A stretch of 64,000 nt of DNA from Armatimonadota bacterium (lineage in GTDB: Bacteria > Armatimonadota > SYMT01), in assembly GCA_041690135.1 (NCBI GenBank), contig JAWLHY010000007.1, forward strand, positions 64,001 to 128,000. The letters run 5' to 3'. The position numbers and the translations under genes are program-made. The notes beneath the pieces are model-generated. The model saw nothing but the letters and a program-made list of their open reading frames with translations. It was not told the origin of the DNA and did not search any database. This document shows positions 29,338-40,056 of the stretch, one piece after another. Each line of letters starts with the position of its first letter. The stretch's first letter is position 1.

Positions 29338-29547
29338 TCAACCTGCGGTCGCTGGCTGCACGTGGGTAGCATGAAGACCTTTGGGTCCCTGCGCTACTTC
29401 ATAAACTACCGGCTCTCCCTCGCGGAGGGTACGGTAGCCGTCCTTCTGAATGACGGAGTAGTGGACAAAGATGTCGCCGCCAGAGCCCCCGTCAATAAAA
29501 CCATAACCCTTGGCTGCGTTGAACCACTTCACTTTGCCTTCGGCCAT
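29338..29547 (-). CDS. Cold-shock protein (CSD)
   Basis: MAEGKVKWFNAAKGYGFI...DIFVHYS; GAGGAGG RBS. Confidence 0.95.
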   Translation of the reverse strand: MAEGKVKWFNAAKGYGFIDGGSGGDIFVHYSVIQKDGYRTLREGEPVVYEVAQGPKGLHATHVQPATAG

Positions 29548-29860
29548 CGTTGCGAACCTCCTCGGACCTCTTCTGTTTGGCGAGCAACTCCCGGAGGGGT
29601 ACGTCAACTAACCTCCTGCCTGGTCGCTCTGCAGCACAGATTAGTGACTGCCTGCAAAAACACCTTCCTACTTACCCCGAAGTTTGCGTGATTTTTGCAC
29701 TCCCTTCGAACTCGACTTGTGGACGCCGGCTCACGGGTGGGAAACTCGGTATCCAACGGGGTGTCCCAAGGGGGAAGTACGGGATCTTGGAGGCTCCGCA
29801 ACAGCACAGTCCGGACCCCAGCACTTCCCTTATGACAGAGCTGCTACGAAGGGTGCCCGA

Positions 29861-32800
29861 ATGCCGCGACCTCGCCTGATTGCTAGTCTATTGAGCCTCA
29901 TGTGCGCCGTGGGGGTCGGTGTAGCGTCCGCCTCTGGCCCGGCGAAATCCGGAGAGGCGAAAGAGGTCCGAGAAGCCGACGCGGAGTTTTTCGAGACCCG
30001 GATCCGGCCGGTGCTGGTCGGCGGATGCGAGAAATGCCACGGACCCGCAAAGGCACTGGGTGGTCTTCGCCTCGATTCGCATGCCGCTCTACTCAAAGGC
30101 GGAGGTCGCGGCGCCGGATTCATCTCCGGTAAACCGGACGTTAGTCTCCTGGTCCGGGCGATTCGCCAGAACGACCCGGAGGTGCCGCGCATGCCGCCGG
30201 CGGGAAAACTCACCGCCCAGCAGATTGCGGACCTGGAAGAATGGGTGCGCAGAGGCGCTCCCTGGCCGGAATACGCGCCCGACCAGTCTCCCGCTGCATT
30301 GTGGTCGGTCCAGCCGGTGCGCCGCCCCGCGGTACCGAAGGTCGTCCCGCCTGCCGGCCGCCCAGAATGGGTGCGGAATCCGATCGATGCGTTCGTCTTG
30401 CGCGGGCTGCAGTCACACCGGATGGTCCCCGCCCCGGAAGCCGGCCGGTTGGAACTGATGCGTCGCCTCTATTTCGACGTCATCGGCCTGCCGCCCACGC
30501 CGGAAGAAGTCGCCCGGTTCCTCAAAGAGTGCGAGGATGGGCCGCGGGTTGAAACCTCGCTGCCTCGAAATTCGAAGCTCGAAACTCGGAACTCCGGACT
30601 CGGAACTTTTACCACCCGCGGGGTGGCGGAACGCCGGGTGCCCCCTGGGCAGCGGAACTTCGACATTGCCTACAAACGGCTGGTCGACCGACTTCTGGCA
30701 TCCCCCCAATATGGGGAACGCTGGGCGCGTTACTGGTTGGACCTGGTGCGGTATGCGGACACGAACGGCTACGAGCGGGATGCGGAGAAGACGCACTCCT
30801 GGAAATACCGCGACTACGTCATCCGCTCGCTCAACGCAGACAAGCCCTATGACCGGTTCGTAATGGAGCAACTCGCGGGGGACGAACTGCCGGATCGCAC
30901 CGAGGAGACGGTGACCGCCACCGGCTTCCTGCGCCTGGGAACCTGGGACGACGAGCCGAACGACCCACTGGAGTACCGCTACGAGCGCCTGGATGACCTG
31001 GTTCACGCCAGCTCGACGGCCTTCCTCGGCCTCACGCTCAAATGCGCGCGGTGTCACGACCACAAGTTCGACCCGCTTCCGCAGCGCGACTATTACGCTT
31101 TCGCGGCGGCGTTCTACGGAGGCTTTCTCGATGCCGGGGACCGAAAGCTCCTGGGTGGTCCGCCCGAGGACCGGCTAGGTTACCCGGTCCTCGGTTTCAC
31201 CGATCGCGGTCCGGAGGCGCCTCCGCTCCGCCTGCTGAAAAATGGAGACCCCAAGCGCGAAGAAGAGGTGGTCCCACCCGGCTACCTCACCCTGCTGCCC
31301 GCCTTGAACCGGCCGGTCCAGCCGCCCCCACCCGGCGCCCGCACGACGCACCGCCGCCTCCAGCTCGCCCGCTGGATGGTCGATCCCCGCAATCCGCTGA
31401 CTCCGCGAGTCATCGTCAATCGCGTGTGGCAGCACCACTTCGGCGAAGGTCTCGTCCGCACCCCCAACAACTTCGGCCGCAAAGGCGCACTGCCCACGCA
31501 CCCGGAACTCTTGGATTATCTTGCGGCGGTTTTCTCCGCTACACCCGAGCGAATGGGGGAAGGGAAGAAGGAGAGAATGGGAGGCACAGGTACCGTAACA
31601 GGAGCTGTGACTCGGGGTGTGGGTTCATCCTTCGGCTCCACCCCCCGGCCCCTGGCCCCCAGCCCCGCCGAAGGCCTGGGTTGGAGCCTCAAGAAGCTCC
31701 ACCGTCTCATCCTCCTCAGCAGCACCTACCGGATGGCCTCCATTCATCCCCGAGAGGCGGAGTACGCGCAGCTAGACGCGGCCAACGAGCGGCTGTGGCG
31801 GGCCAACCGGCGGCGGCTGGATGCGGACGCGATGCGGGACGCGATGCTGGCGGTCAGCGGTCTGTTGAACCCTACCGCGGGCGGGCCCGGGTTCACTCCT
31901 TCGGTCGCTTCCGAAGCCCTCGAAGGGCTGAGCCGGAAAGGGGCCGAGTGGGTTCCCTCTCCGCCCGAAGAGCAGCGCCGCCGGAGCATCTACATGTTCC
32001 TCAAGCGGGCCCTCATTCCGCCGTTGATGGCGGTGTTCGACTTCGGCGATACCACCCAGCCGCTGGAGCAGCGGGACGTAACCACCGTGGCGCCGCAGGC
32101 GCTTGCCCTGCTGAACAACAGCTTCGTCCACGCGCAGAGCGCCGCGTTTGCGGAGCGGGTGGCCCGTCTCGCCGGAAACGACCCGGCCCGCCAGGTGGAG
32201 CAGGCGTGGCGGCTGGCCTATGGACGCCCGCCCACTCCGGCCGAACGTACCGAGTCCATGGCCTATCTTCGCTCCCTCGCTACTGTGCCTGCCCGGCCGG
32301 CAGCTTCGCCTAAACCAGTCACGGATGGGCTTCGACTGTGGCTACGCGCCGACCGCGGGGTGCGGACGGATCCCCAGGGCCGGGTCACCGCGTGGGAAGA
32401 TCAGTCCGGAGCGACTTTCTCCGCCACGCAGGCTGCGGAAGCGGCACGTCCCCGTCTCGTATCCGGGGTGCTGGGCGGCCGGCCAGCCCTCCGCTTCGAT
32501 GGAAAGGGCAATTTCCTGGAGATTCCAGGCCAGGTGCTGCGGTCCCAGCAGTTCACGGTTGTGGCCGTGGCGACCGATCGTACCCAGGGGCAGGGGCACC
32601 GGGAGATCTTCTCGAACTGGCGCCGGGACACGAACGTGGGCACTTCCGTGTTCCTCGGCACAACCGGCGGGGGAGCGGTGCGGATGACCGACCACTTCGC
32701 ACCGGCCGGGGTGGTGGACGATCCCGCCCGGCCGTTCATCCTGTCGGGCGTCGCCGCGAGTGACTACGCCGCCATCTACCAGAACCGTTCGCGGATCGCG

Positions 32801-33067
32801 CGCAAGAGCGGGACGCTACCGTCGCGCAATCTGGCCGGGCCCTACGTGATCGGCCAGCAGGGGAACATCGGCGGGGAATACTGGGACGGAGAAATTGCCG
32901 AACTCCAGGTCTTCGATCGGGCGCTGTCGGAAGAAGAACTGGCGACCGTTTGGGAAGACGTGGGACGCCGGTACGGGATTGCGGCCCCTCCCAGCCCGCA
33001 GCGCCAGGCATTGATCTCCCTCTGCCACACGCTATTCAACACGAATGAGTTTCTTTACGTGGACTAG
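29861..33067 (+). CDS. Cytochrome c + DUF1549 + DUF1553 protein with LamG-like domain inserted near the C-terminus
   Basis: CEKCH, YGERWARYWLDLVRYADTNG, CARCHDHKFDP, LRLWLRAD...W.DQS...FDG...GEIAELQVFDRALS, final EFLYVD. Confidence 0.9.
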   Translation: MPRPRLIASLLSLMCAVGVGVASASGPAKSGEAKEVREADAEFFETRIRPVLVGGCEKCHGPAKALGGLRLDSHAALLKGGGRGAGFISGKPDVSLLVRAIRQNDPEVPRMPPAGKLTAQQIADLEEWVRRGAPWPEYAPDQSPAALWSVQPVRRPAVPKVVPPAGRPEWVRNPIDAFVLRGLQSHRMVPAPEAGRLELMRRLYFDVIGLPPTPEEVARFLKECEDGPRVETSLPRNSKLETRNSGLGTFTTRGVAERRVPPGQRNFDIAYKRLVDRLLASPQYGERWARYWLDLVRYADTNGYERDAEKTHSWKYRDYVIRSLNADKPYDRFVMEQLAGDELPDRTEETVTATGFLRLGTWDDEPNDPLEYRYERLDDLVHASSTAFLGLTLKCARCHDHKFDPLPQRDYYAFAAAFYGGFLDAGDRKLLGGPPEDRLGYPVLGFTDRGPEAPPLRLLKNGDPKREEEVVPPGYLTLLPALNRPVQPPPPGARTTHRRLQLARWMVDPRNPLTPRVIVNRVWQHHFGEGLVRTPNNFGRKGALPTHPELLDYLAAVFSATPERMGEGKKERMGGTGTVTGAVTRGVGSSFGSTPRPLAPSPAEGLGWSLKKLHRLILLSSTYRMASIHPREAEYAQLDAANERLWRANRRRLDADAMRDAMLAVSGLLNPTAGGPGFTPSVASEALEGLSRKGAEWVPSPPEEQRRRSIYMFLKRALIPPLMAVFDFGDTTQPLEQRDVTTVAPQALALLNNSFVHAQSAAFAERVARLAGNDPARQVEQAWRLAYGRPPTPAERTESMAYLRSLATVPARPAASPKPVTDGLRLWLRADRGVRTDPQGRVTAWEDQSGATFSATQAAEAARPRLVSGVLGGRPALRFDGKGNFLEIPGQVLRSQQFTVVAVATDRTQGQGHREIFSNWRRDTNVGTSVFLGTTGGGAVRMTDHFAPAGVVDDPARPFILSGVAASDYAAIYQNRSRIARKSGTLPSRNLAGPYVIGQQGNIGGEYWDGEIAELQVFDRALSEEELATVWEDVGRRYGIAAPPSPQRQALISLCHTLFNTNEFLYVD

Positions 33068-33075
33068 GTAAAGCA

Positions 33076-34581
33076 ATGGATGAGAACCACCACGAGATCC
33101 AGCCTATCCTGTTCCCTTGCAACCGCACACGACGGGAGTTTATCTGGGAGATGGGGAACGGCGCGGTGGGGCTGGCGCTGATGGGTCTCCTTTCCGCCGA
33201 CGGCTTCTTCGCGCGCAATGCCTTCGCGGCCACTGGAGACAAACCAGGCTCCACAGTCCCAACGCCCAATGCCCAAAGCCTGACGCCCTCCGCCCCTCGC
33301 CCCCACTTTCCGATGCCCGCGAAGAGCTGTATCTTTCTCACGATGAATGGTGCGCCCAGCCACATAGACACATTCGATTACAAACCCGCCCTGGAAAAGT
33401 ACGCCGGTCAGGAGTTGCCCCCCAGCTTCTCCTACACCAACTCCGGTGGGCGCAAAAAGGGTTTCCTCACCCCCGCCTGGCGACCGTTCCGCCCCGGGGG
33501 CAAGAGTGGTCTCCTGGTGAGCGACTACTTCCCGCGCGTGCGGGAGCATGCCGACAAGCTGGCGGTCATCAAATCGTGCCACACCGACAGCCACGCGCAC
33601 GGCTCGGCGCTGGTGGCCATGAACACCGGCAGCGTGTTCATCGGCCGCCCGTCGCTCGGGAGTTGGGTCGTGTATGGATTGGGATCGGTCAACCAGAACC
33701 TGCCCGGCTACGTGTGTATCCTGGACAAGCGCGGCGGTCCGATCAGCGGTCAGCCGAACTGGAGCTCCGGTTTCATGCCGGCGAACTACCAGGGGACCCT
33801 CTTCCGTCCCACCGGGGATCCCGTTCTCGACCTGCGCGGGCCGGTGGAGCGGGGCACCCAGCGCCAGCAGCTCGACTTCCTGGCGCGGCTGAACCAGCAG
33901 CACCTGGACCGGCGCCCCGGCGGCCAGGAGCTGGCGGCCCGGATCCAGAGCTACGAACTGGCCTACCGAATGCAGGCCGAGGTCCCGGACGCGGTGGACC
34001 TATCGAAGGAGGATCCCCGCACGCTGGAGCTGTACGGCGTGGGGAAGGAGCCGACGCACGAGTTCGGCCGCAATGCCCTGATCGCCCGGCGGCTGGTGGA
34101 GCGGGGTGTCCGGTTCGTCCAGCTTTACTCCGGCGGCGGGCATCTCGAAGAGACGTGGGACGCGCACGAGAGTGTCGAGAAGAACCATGGCCGCCACGGC
34201 GCGGAGGTGGATCAGCCGATCGCGGCGCTGCTCACTGACCTGGAACGCAGGGGGCTGCTGGAGAGTACGCTCGTGGTGTGGGGTGGGGAATTCGGCCGGA
34301 TGCCGTTCTCCGAAGGCCCCGGAGCGCCGGGTCGCAATCACAACCCCTACGGCTTCTGCGCGTGGATGGCGGGCGCGGGCGTCCGGGGCGGGACTACCTA
34401 TGGCGAGACGGACGAGTTCGGGTTCGCTGCCGCCGTGGACAAGGTCCACATGCACGACCTGCATGCCACCATCCTTCACCTGATGGGCCTCGATCACGAG
34501 CAGCTCACCTACTTCCACCAGGGTCGCGAGGAGAGCCTGACGGACGTTCACGGGCGTGTCATCAAGGAGATCCTCAGGTAA
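33076..34581 (+). CDS. DUF1501 protein (Tat signal)
   Basis: TRREF twin-Arg; GAPSHIDTFDYKP, ARRLVERGVRFV, WDAH, WGGEFGR, HDLHATILHL. Confidence 0.92.
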   Translation: MDENHHEIQPILFPCNRTRREFIWEMGNGAVGLALMGLLSADGFFARNAFAATGDKPGSTVPTPNAQSLTPSAPRPHFPMPAKSCIFLTMNGAPSHIDTFDYKPALEKYAGQELPPSFSYTNSGGRKKGFLTPAWRPFRPGGKSGLLVSDYFPRVREHADKLAVIKSCHTDSHAHGSALVAMNTGSVFIGRPSLGSWVVYGLGSVNQNLPGYVCILDKRGGPISGQPNWSSGFMPANYQGTLFRPTGDPVLDLRGPVERGTQRQQLDFLARLNQQHLDRRPGGQELAARIQSYELAYRMQAEVPDAVDLSKEDPRTLELYGVGKEPTHEFGRNALIARRLVERGVRFVQLYSGGGHLEETWDAHESVEKNHGRHGAEVDQPIAALLTDLERRGLLESTLVVWGGEFGRMPFSEGPGAPGRNHNPYGFCAWMAGAGVRGGTTYGETDEFGFAAAVDKVHMHDLHATILHLMGLDHEQLTYFHQGREESLTDVHGRVIKEILR

Positions 34582-34699
34582 TTTGATGGCCGCCCCGATG
34601 CGTCACCCTAGGATCAAGCGGGATGGGTTAAAGTAGTAAGTGTATTCCCACCCGCGTTCCGCCCATCTGTCCAATTCAGGCCGTTTCACGGTGGTTTTC

Positions 34700-37600
34700 A
34701 TGCAGCCTCGTCGCCTCCTCGCTGGTTTCCTCGTCCTCTGCGCCGCCGCGGTGACCGCCTCCGCTGGAGCTGTCCCGAAGGCCCCGGAAGGGATGGTCCT
34801 GGTCCCCGCCGGACCGTTCACCATGGGAACGGACCAGGGCGCCCCTTACGAGGCTCCGGCCCACCGGGTGGAATTGCCCGCCTTCTTCATCGACCGGACC
34901 GAAGTCACCGTAGCGCAGTACGCCCGCTTTGTGGAGGCTACCGGTCACCCTGCTCCGCCCGACTGGCCCGGGGGCAAGGCCGACCCGAAGCGCCTTCAGT
35001 ATCCGGTGGTGAACGTTTCCTGGTACGACGCCAACGCCTACGCGCGCTGGGCCGGCAAGCGGTTGCCCACGGAAAAGGAGTGGGAGAAGGCCGCGCGCGG
35101 GGCAGACGGACGCCCGTTGCCGTGGGGCGCGGAGTGGGACGAGGAGCGGGCGAATGTCGAGGGGAAAGACGGCGATCGCCCACTCCAACCGGTTGGCAGT
35201 TATTCGGCTGGGGCCAGCCCGTGCGGCGCCCTAGACCTGGTCGGCAACGCCTGGGAATGGACATCCGATTGGTTCGAAGCCTATCCCGGCAACCCGGTTC
35301 CTTCGGTCCACTTTGGCCGGAAATACCGGGTCGTCCGTGGCCTGGGAAGCATCAATTTCTACAACAGCCCGCCGCTTACCCAGCAGAATGCTGCCGCCCG
35401 GGCACGGGTCCAACCGTTCGGGCGGTACGATAGCCTCGGGTTCCGCTGTGTGGTGGACGGCGACGGCAAGGTGAAACACCCGCCCACGGAGGTGCAACCC
35501 CCATCCCGCCGGGAGAAGCCGGTCCCACCCCGGATCGAGACCCCGGCCGAGGTCGCGGCCCGGTATGCTATCGGAGTACCGGTGGTGATCCGCGAGACGG
35601 CGGGAATGGACCGCCACGGTGTGGCCACCTTTGGTCTACCTTTCCCGGAAGGAGTGGTCCGGAGCGTGTCCGCAATCCGGACCGGTACGCCCGTGCAGGC
35701 GCGCCCGCTGGCAAAGTGGCGCGACGGGAGTATCCGTTGGGCTCTGCTGGATGTTCCGGTCGCCGTGAAGAAGGACCGCCCACAGCGCGCGGTTGTGCGC
35801 TGGGACGGGCGGGGGGAGATTCCCGAGCCGGCTCGGCGGGTGAGCCTCCAGGTGGAGGGCCTCGCGGAATCGCCGGAGGGGGTGAGAATCGACACGGGGG
35901 CGGTGGCCCTCCGGATCCGGAAAGGGGACGCACATTGGCTGCGCCTTCTGCAGGGGAGCCGTTGGCTCGAAGGGCCCGAGGACCGGATCAGCGCCACGGA
36001 GGAGAAGGGCGAGGCCGTGGCCCTGCGGATGCGCGGTCCCGAGAAGATCACGGTGGAAGATTCCGGACCGCTGCGGGCGCGAGTGCGGGTGGAAGGCTGG
36101 TTGGAGGATGACCGCCAGCAACCCGTAATCCGGTACCGCTGTCGCCTGGACGCGCGCGCGGGGTCGCCGCACGTGGGCCTGGTCCACACCTTCACGCATC
36201 TCAGTCCCCGGAAGATGCTGCTCATCCGTGACTACGCGCTCCACTTCCGGCACTCTGCCGCGAGCGAGCCCGCAGCGCCGGTCATCTTTGGAGGCGATGC
36301 CGCGCCGCACGCCGTCCGGAGCGGCGCTTGTCTGGAACAGACCACCGATGCTGCTTACCGGGTGCAAATTGCCGGCAGAAAAGTCGCGGAGGGCACGCGG
36401 GCTCCCGGCTGGATGGCGTTGGGGCCCGAGCCATCGTTCCTGATCGGCGTGAAGCACTTCTGGCAGCAGTTCCCCAAGGCGCTGGCGGCGGACCGAAATG
36501 GGGCGACGGTGCACGTCTGGACCGGCAAAGAAGCCTTCGAAGCGGACCAGGGCCTCTCCAAGACGCACGAACTGGTGCTTTCCCTGGATGCGGGCGGGCC
36601 GGGCCGCGCGGAAGCCCTGGCGCAGTTGAACGAGCCGTTCTTTGGGATCGCGCCGGCCGACTGGTACTGCGCGACCCGGGGCCTGGGAGTGCTGGCGCCC
36701 TTCAGCCTCTCGAAGTACCCGCAGTATGAAGTGGAGTTGGAAGCGGCCGCCGACCTGATGGTGCGGGATCGTCCCTATGGCATGCGCCACTTCGGGGACA
36801 ACTACTTCGGCGGCCCTTACAAGGGCATCAATGCTTACCAGAACCTGGAGTACGACGTCGCCTACAATCACCTGATGCAGTTCGCCCGCACCGGCGCGCG
36901 CAAATACCTGGACACGGCGCTAATCCAGGCCCGCCATCAGGGCGACATCGATATGAAGCACGACCAGGGGCCGCAGTGGAAGCACAGCCCCCGGCACACC
37001 ACCACCGAGGCGGAGTTGGGCCACGTATTCCTGCGCGGTTTGGTGGCTTCCACCTGGTTGACCGGCGATCCCGAGGGTCTGGAGAATGCGCGCATTCTGG
37101 GCGACTGGCTCATCAAGGTCGTGGCCAATCCCCGTTCGCAGGGCAACGAGCGCCAGATCGGCTGGAGCCTCTACGCGCTCACCGGCATCTACGAAGCGAC
37201 CTGGGACGACCGCTACCTTCAGGCGATGAAGGCGAATGTCGACCGGCTCCTGGCCGGGCAGGATTCCCTGGGCCGGTTTGCGATCCGCTGGGACAACCGG
37301 ATCAGCTTCTTCTATGGCATCACCCTTTCGGGATTCGTGAAGTACTTCGAGGTGACAGGCGACCCGCGGATCGAGGAGAGCATCCGGCGGATCGTCACGC
37401 GCATCCACGGCTTCTATCCCGAATACGGCGGGCGCACGCTGGAAGGACTGGCCTGGCTTTATTCCCGAACCGGGGACCCGGAAGTCCGAGATACCTGCCG
37501 GCGCACTTGGGAGAGCACCCTGGACTGGCGCGCTCTCGACATCGGCGGCACCAGCATTTTCACCACCCGGTTCTTGCCCTATGTCGAGATGATGGGATTG

Positions 37601-38326
37601 GCCTGCCCGAAGGAGTGGCAGATCCCCGATACCGGCCCGGTGGAAGATGGCCTGACCCGCCACTACTTCCGCGCGTCGGCCGGTACGCTCATCCTTCAGG
37701 CCCGGGAGTCCGGACAACCGGTGGAATTGGTCATCCTCCGGCACGTCGGGCAAGACCCGGCAACAGTCGAAGTGACGTCGTTGGCCCCGAGCAAGAAGGG
37801 GAACCGTGGGATCCCCTTCCAACGGCATGTCCTACCCGCAAGTGGAGAGTCCCTATCGTACCTCAAATTGCGCCTGCCTCCGGGCGGTCCGTACCGCGTT
37901 CGTTTGCAGAGCGAGAAGAGCCGGGGCTGGACCCTCCTCACGTCGCGTCCTACCCGGCGCGTGTGGCATGTGCCGGACTGGAGGCATCTGGAGGCGCTGA
38001 CACCCCGTCTCTATTTCCGGCCAGAGCCCGGCGCTGAGGAAGTCCGGCTGGTGCTGGCGGGGGAGAAAGAGGGTTTCAAGGGAGCCGTCATCTACGACCC
38101 CCAGGGGCGGGTGGCCGGGGTGCTTTCGAGATTCATCGACTACGGCGATGACAAGCGCCACACCTACGAGTTTCGGGTCCCGCTTTCCGGCCGGGAGATG
38201 GGGGACACCGGTCGCGGCACGGGGCTGTGGAGCCTCGATCTCCAGCAAGTCTCCGTATCCCGGGCCGAAGGCATGCTCTCCTACGTGAGCACGCACCCCG
38301 CGGCTTTCTTCCTTCCTCGTCCGTGA
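34700..38326 (+). CDS. Secreted FGE/SUMF1-domain protein fused to a YetA/PcRGLX-like (exo-rhamnogalacturonan lyase-like) region
   Basis: MVLVPAGPFTMG, EVTVAQY, RLPTEKEWEKAARG, GNAWEW, GFRC; then TFGLPFP.G, QARPL..W.DGSIRW, GP.RA, FWQQFPK, YGMRHFGD, alpha-toroid region. Confidence 0.7.
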   Translation: MQPRRLLAGFLVLCAAAVTASAGAVPKAPEGMVLVPAGPFTMGTDQGAPYEAPAHRVELPAFFIDRTEVTVAQYARFVEATGHPAPPDWPGGKADPKRLQYPVVNVSWYDANAYARWAGKRLPTEKEWEKAARGADGRPLPWGAEWDEERANVEGKDGDRPLQPVGSYSAGASPCGALDLVGNAWEWTSDWFEAYPGNPVPSVHFGRKYRVVRGLGSINFYNSPPLTQQNAAARARVQPFGRYDSLGFRCVVDGDGKVKHPPTEVQPPSRREKPVPPRIETPAEVAARYAIGVPVVIRETAGMDRHGVATFGLPFPEGVVRSVSAIRTGTPVQARPLAKWRDGSIRWALLDVPVAVKKDRPQRAVVRWDGRGEIPEPARRVSLQVEGLAESPEGVRIDTGAVALRIRKGDAHWLRLLQGSRWLEGPEDRISATEEKGEAVALRMRGPEKITVEDSGPLRARVRVEGWLEDDRQQPVIRYRCRLDARAGSPHVGLVHTFTHLSPRKMLLIRDYALHFRHSAASEPAAPVIFGGDAAPHAVRSGACLEQTTDAAYRVQIAGRKVAEGTRAPGWMALGPEPSFLIGVKHFWQQFPKALAADRNGATVHVWTGKEAFEADQGLSKTHELVLSLDAGGPGRAEALAQLNEPFFGIAPADWYCATRGLGVLAPFSLSKYPQYEVELEAAADLMVRDRPYGMRHFGDNYFGGPYKGINAYQNLEYDVAYNHLMQFARTGARKYLDTALIQARHQGDIDMKHDQGPQWKHSPRHTTTEAELGHVFLRGLVASTWLTGDPEGLENARILGDWLIKVVANPRSQGNERQIGWSLYALTGIYEATWDDRYLQAMKANVDRLLAGQDSLGRFAIRWDNRISFFYGITLSGFVKYFEVTGDPRIEESIRRIVTRIHGFYPEYGGRTLEGLAWLYSRTGDPEVRDTCRRTWESTLDWRALDIGGTSIFTTRFLPYVEMMGLACPKEWQIPDTGPVEDGLTRHYFRASAGTLILQARESGQPVELVILRHVGQDPATVEVTSLAPSKKGNRGIPFQRHVLPASGESLSYLKLRLPPGGPYRVRLQSEKSRGWTLLTSRPTRRVWHVPDWRHLEALTPRLYFRPEPGAEEVRLVLAGEKEGFKGAVIYDPQGRVAGVLSRFIDYGDDKRHTYEFRVPLSGREMGDTGRGTGLWSLDLQQVSVSRAEGMLSYVSTHPAAFFLPRP

Positions 38327-38511
38327 TCCAGTCACTCTAATACTACAGCCGTAGCTCACTGTGCGGGGTGGTTGGGTGGGGTAATTCCAGTCGGCGAAGG
38401 TTTACACCCGGGCCGGGCACCCTTCGGGTGGCGCTTGCGGGTGTGGGTGCCGACTTCGAGCCTTTCCAGCTTGCGACTTTGAGCCGCCTGACTGCGAGTG
38501 CGGCTGTAGTA

Positions 38512-40056
38512 TTACACCGGCTGCGTCTCGCCGGCAGTGGGAGCAGGGGAGGGCGCCGCGGGCAGCGCGACCGTGACCGTGGTTCCCACTCCCACCTCGC
38601 TCTCGACGGTTAGCGTACCGTGATGAGCCTGGACGATGGACTGACAGATTGCCAGGCCCAGGCCGGTGCCGCCGCTGCCCCGGCTCCGCGCCGCGTCCAC
38701 CCGGTAGAACCGCTCGCACACGTAAGGTAGGTGTTCGGGCGGGATTCCCTCTCCGGTATCTCGCACGGTAAGGCTGACGCGACCGTTGCCATCGGAAGCG
38801 GCGATTGTAATTTCCCCGTCCGAAGGGGTGTGCCGGCGCGCGTTCATCAGGAGGTTCACCAGCACCCGCCGCAACTGTCCCGCGTCCGCCTGTACGCGAG
38901 TAAGGCCCTGGGAAACCTCCACCCGGATTGGGGCGCCGTCGCCGGGAAGCTCCGCGACCGCCGCTTCCACCAGGTCCGGCAGAGAAGTGGCCCGCAGGGA
39001 AGCGTTGAGCTGACCGCTGTCCGCCCGCGCGAGCAGGAGGAGGTCCTGCACGATCTCGTTCATCGCGTCGGCAGCCTTGTTGATGATGCGGAGCGAGTTC
39101 TGGTACTCCTCGGGCGTGCGCACGCGGGAGAGGGCCAAACTCGCGCTCCCTTTGATGCGGGTGAGGGGGGTTCGCAGCTCGTGCGAGGCATCGCCCGTAA
39201 AGCGCCGCTGCTGTTCATAGGCCGCTTCGAGTTGGGAATAGGCGCTCTCGAGACTGCCGAACGCCTCTTCCAGGCGTCCGATCATCCCATTGAAGGTGCG
39301 GGCCAGCTCCGCCAGCTCATCCTTCCCGCGCACCTCCAGCCGCCGGGAGAGGTCTTCCGCGTTGATCTGGGCGGCAGCCAGGGTGACGTCCCGCACCGGC
39401 CGCAGCGCCCGGTGCGTGAGAAAAACTCCTCCGAGCCCGGCTACGATTAGAGCGACCGGAATCAGCGCCAGCGGGAAGCGAATCAGCCCTGCCGTCAATC
39501 GCTCGTGCTCACCCAGGGCATGGGCCACCTGCACCACACCCTCGATCTCACCCGTTTCCGGAGTTTCGCCCCCTCGCCACAGTGGCATGGAGAGCACCCG
39601 CAGCGTCTCGTTCTCCACCGTAATCTTCGAGAACACCTTCTGGCCGCCGAGCGAGATCAGGAAGGTGTCCGGATCCCACGGCACGTCCCCGGAGAACGGA
39701 ACCAGGGCCTCGCCATCCGTGCTGAGTAGTCGGGGACGCCGGAAATAGCCGCGGCGGTCGGCCTGGGTAGTGCCGAGGGGCCCCGAAGACCTCTCGGAGC
39801 GACGTTCGGCCTCATCACCGCGGTCGATGAAGGGAGCCCACCACCGGTTCGGCGTGCCCGTGGAGGTGGGATATGCCTCATAGCGCGAGTACCACCGTGC
39901 CACGCGGGCCGCGCGCCCCTCCAGCTCGCTGTCCACCTCCGCCGCCAGCATGCGCGGGATGGTGAAGGTCAATACGAGCGCATAGCCCGCCAGGACCAGC
40001 GCCAGGACGGACACGTTCCAGAGGGTAAGCCGCAGGCGGACGGAATTCCAGCGCAT
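38512..40056 (-). CDS. HAMP-domain sensor histidine kinase (CusS-like class)
   Basis: Two TM helices, HAMP, DASHELRTPL, NLL.NA, DTGEGI, GTGLGLAI. Confidence 0.93.
   Translation of the reverse strand: MRWNSVRLRLTLWNVSVLALVLAGYALVLTFTIPRMLAAEVDSELEGRAARVARWYSRYEAYPTSTGTPNRWWAPFIDRGDEAERRSERSSGPLGTTQADRRGYFRRPRLLSTDGEALVPFSGDVPWDPDTFLISLGGQKVFSKITVENETLRVLSMPLWRGGETPETGEIEGVVQVAHALGEHERLTAGLIRFPLALIPVALIVAGLGGVFLTHRALRPVRDVTLAAAQINAEDLSRRLEVRGKDELAELARTFNGMIGRLEEAFGSLESAYSQLEAAYEQQRRFTGDASHELRTPLTRIKGSASLALSRVRTPEEYQNSLRIINKAADAMNEIVQDLLLLARADSGQLNASLRATSLPDLVEAAVAELPGDGAPIRVEVSQGLTRVQADAGQLRRVLVNLLMNARRHTPSDGEITIAASDGNGRVSLTVRDTGEGIPPEHLPYVCERFYRVDAARSRGSGGTGLGLAICQSIVQAHHGTLTVESEVGVGTTVTVALPAAPSPAPTAGETQPV

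Noticed and set aside
28977-29341. Small ORFs downstream of the cold-shock gene
   Set aside because: No RBS or motif support; composition typical of spurious ORFs
34780-35450. Formylglycine-generating enzyme or DGR target call for the SUMF1 domain
   Set aside because: Catalytic cysteines are absent; no reverse transcriptase or template repeat in the window
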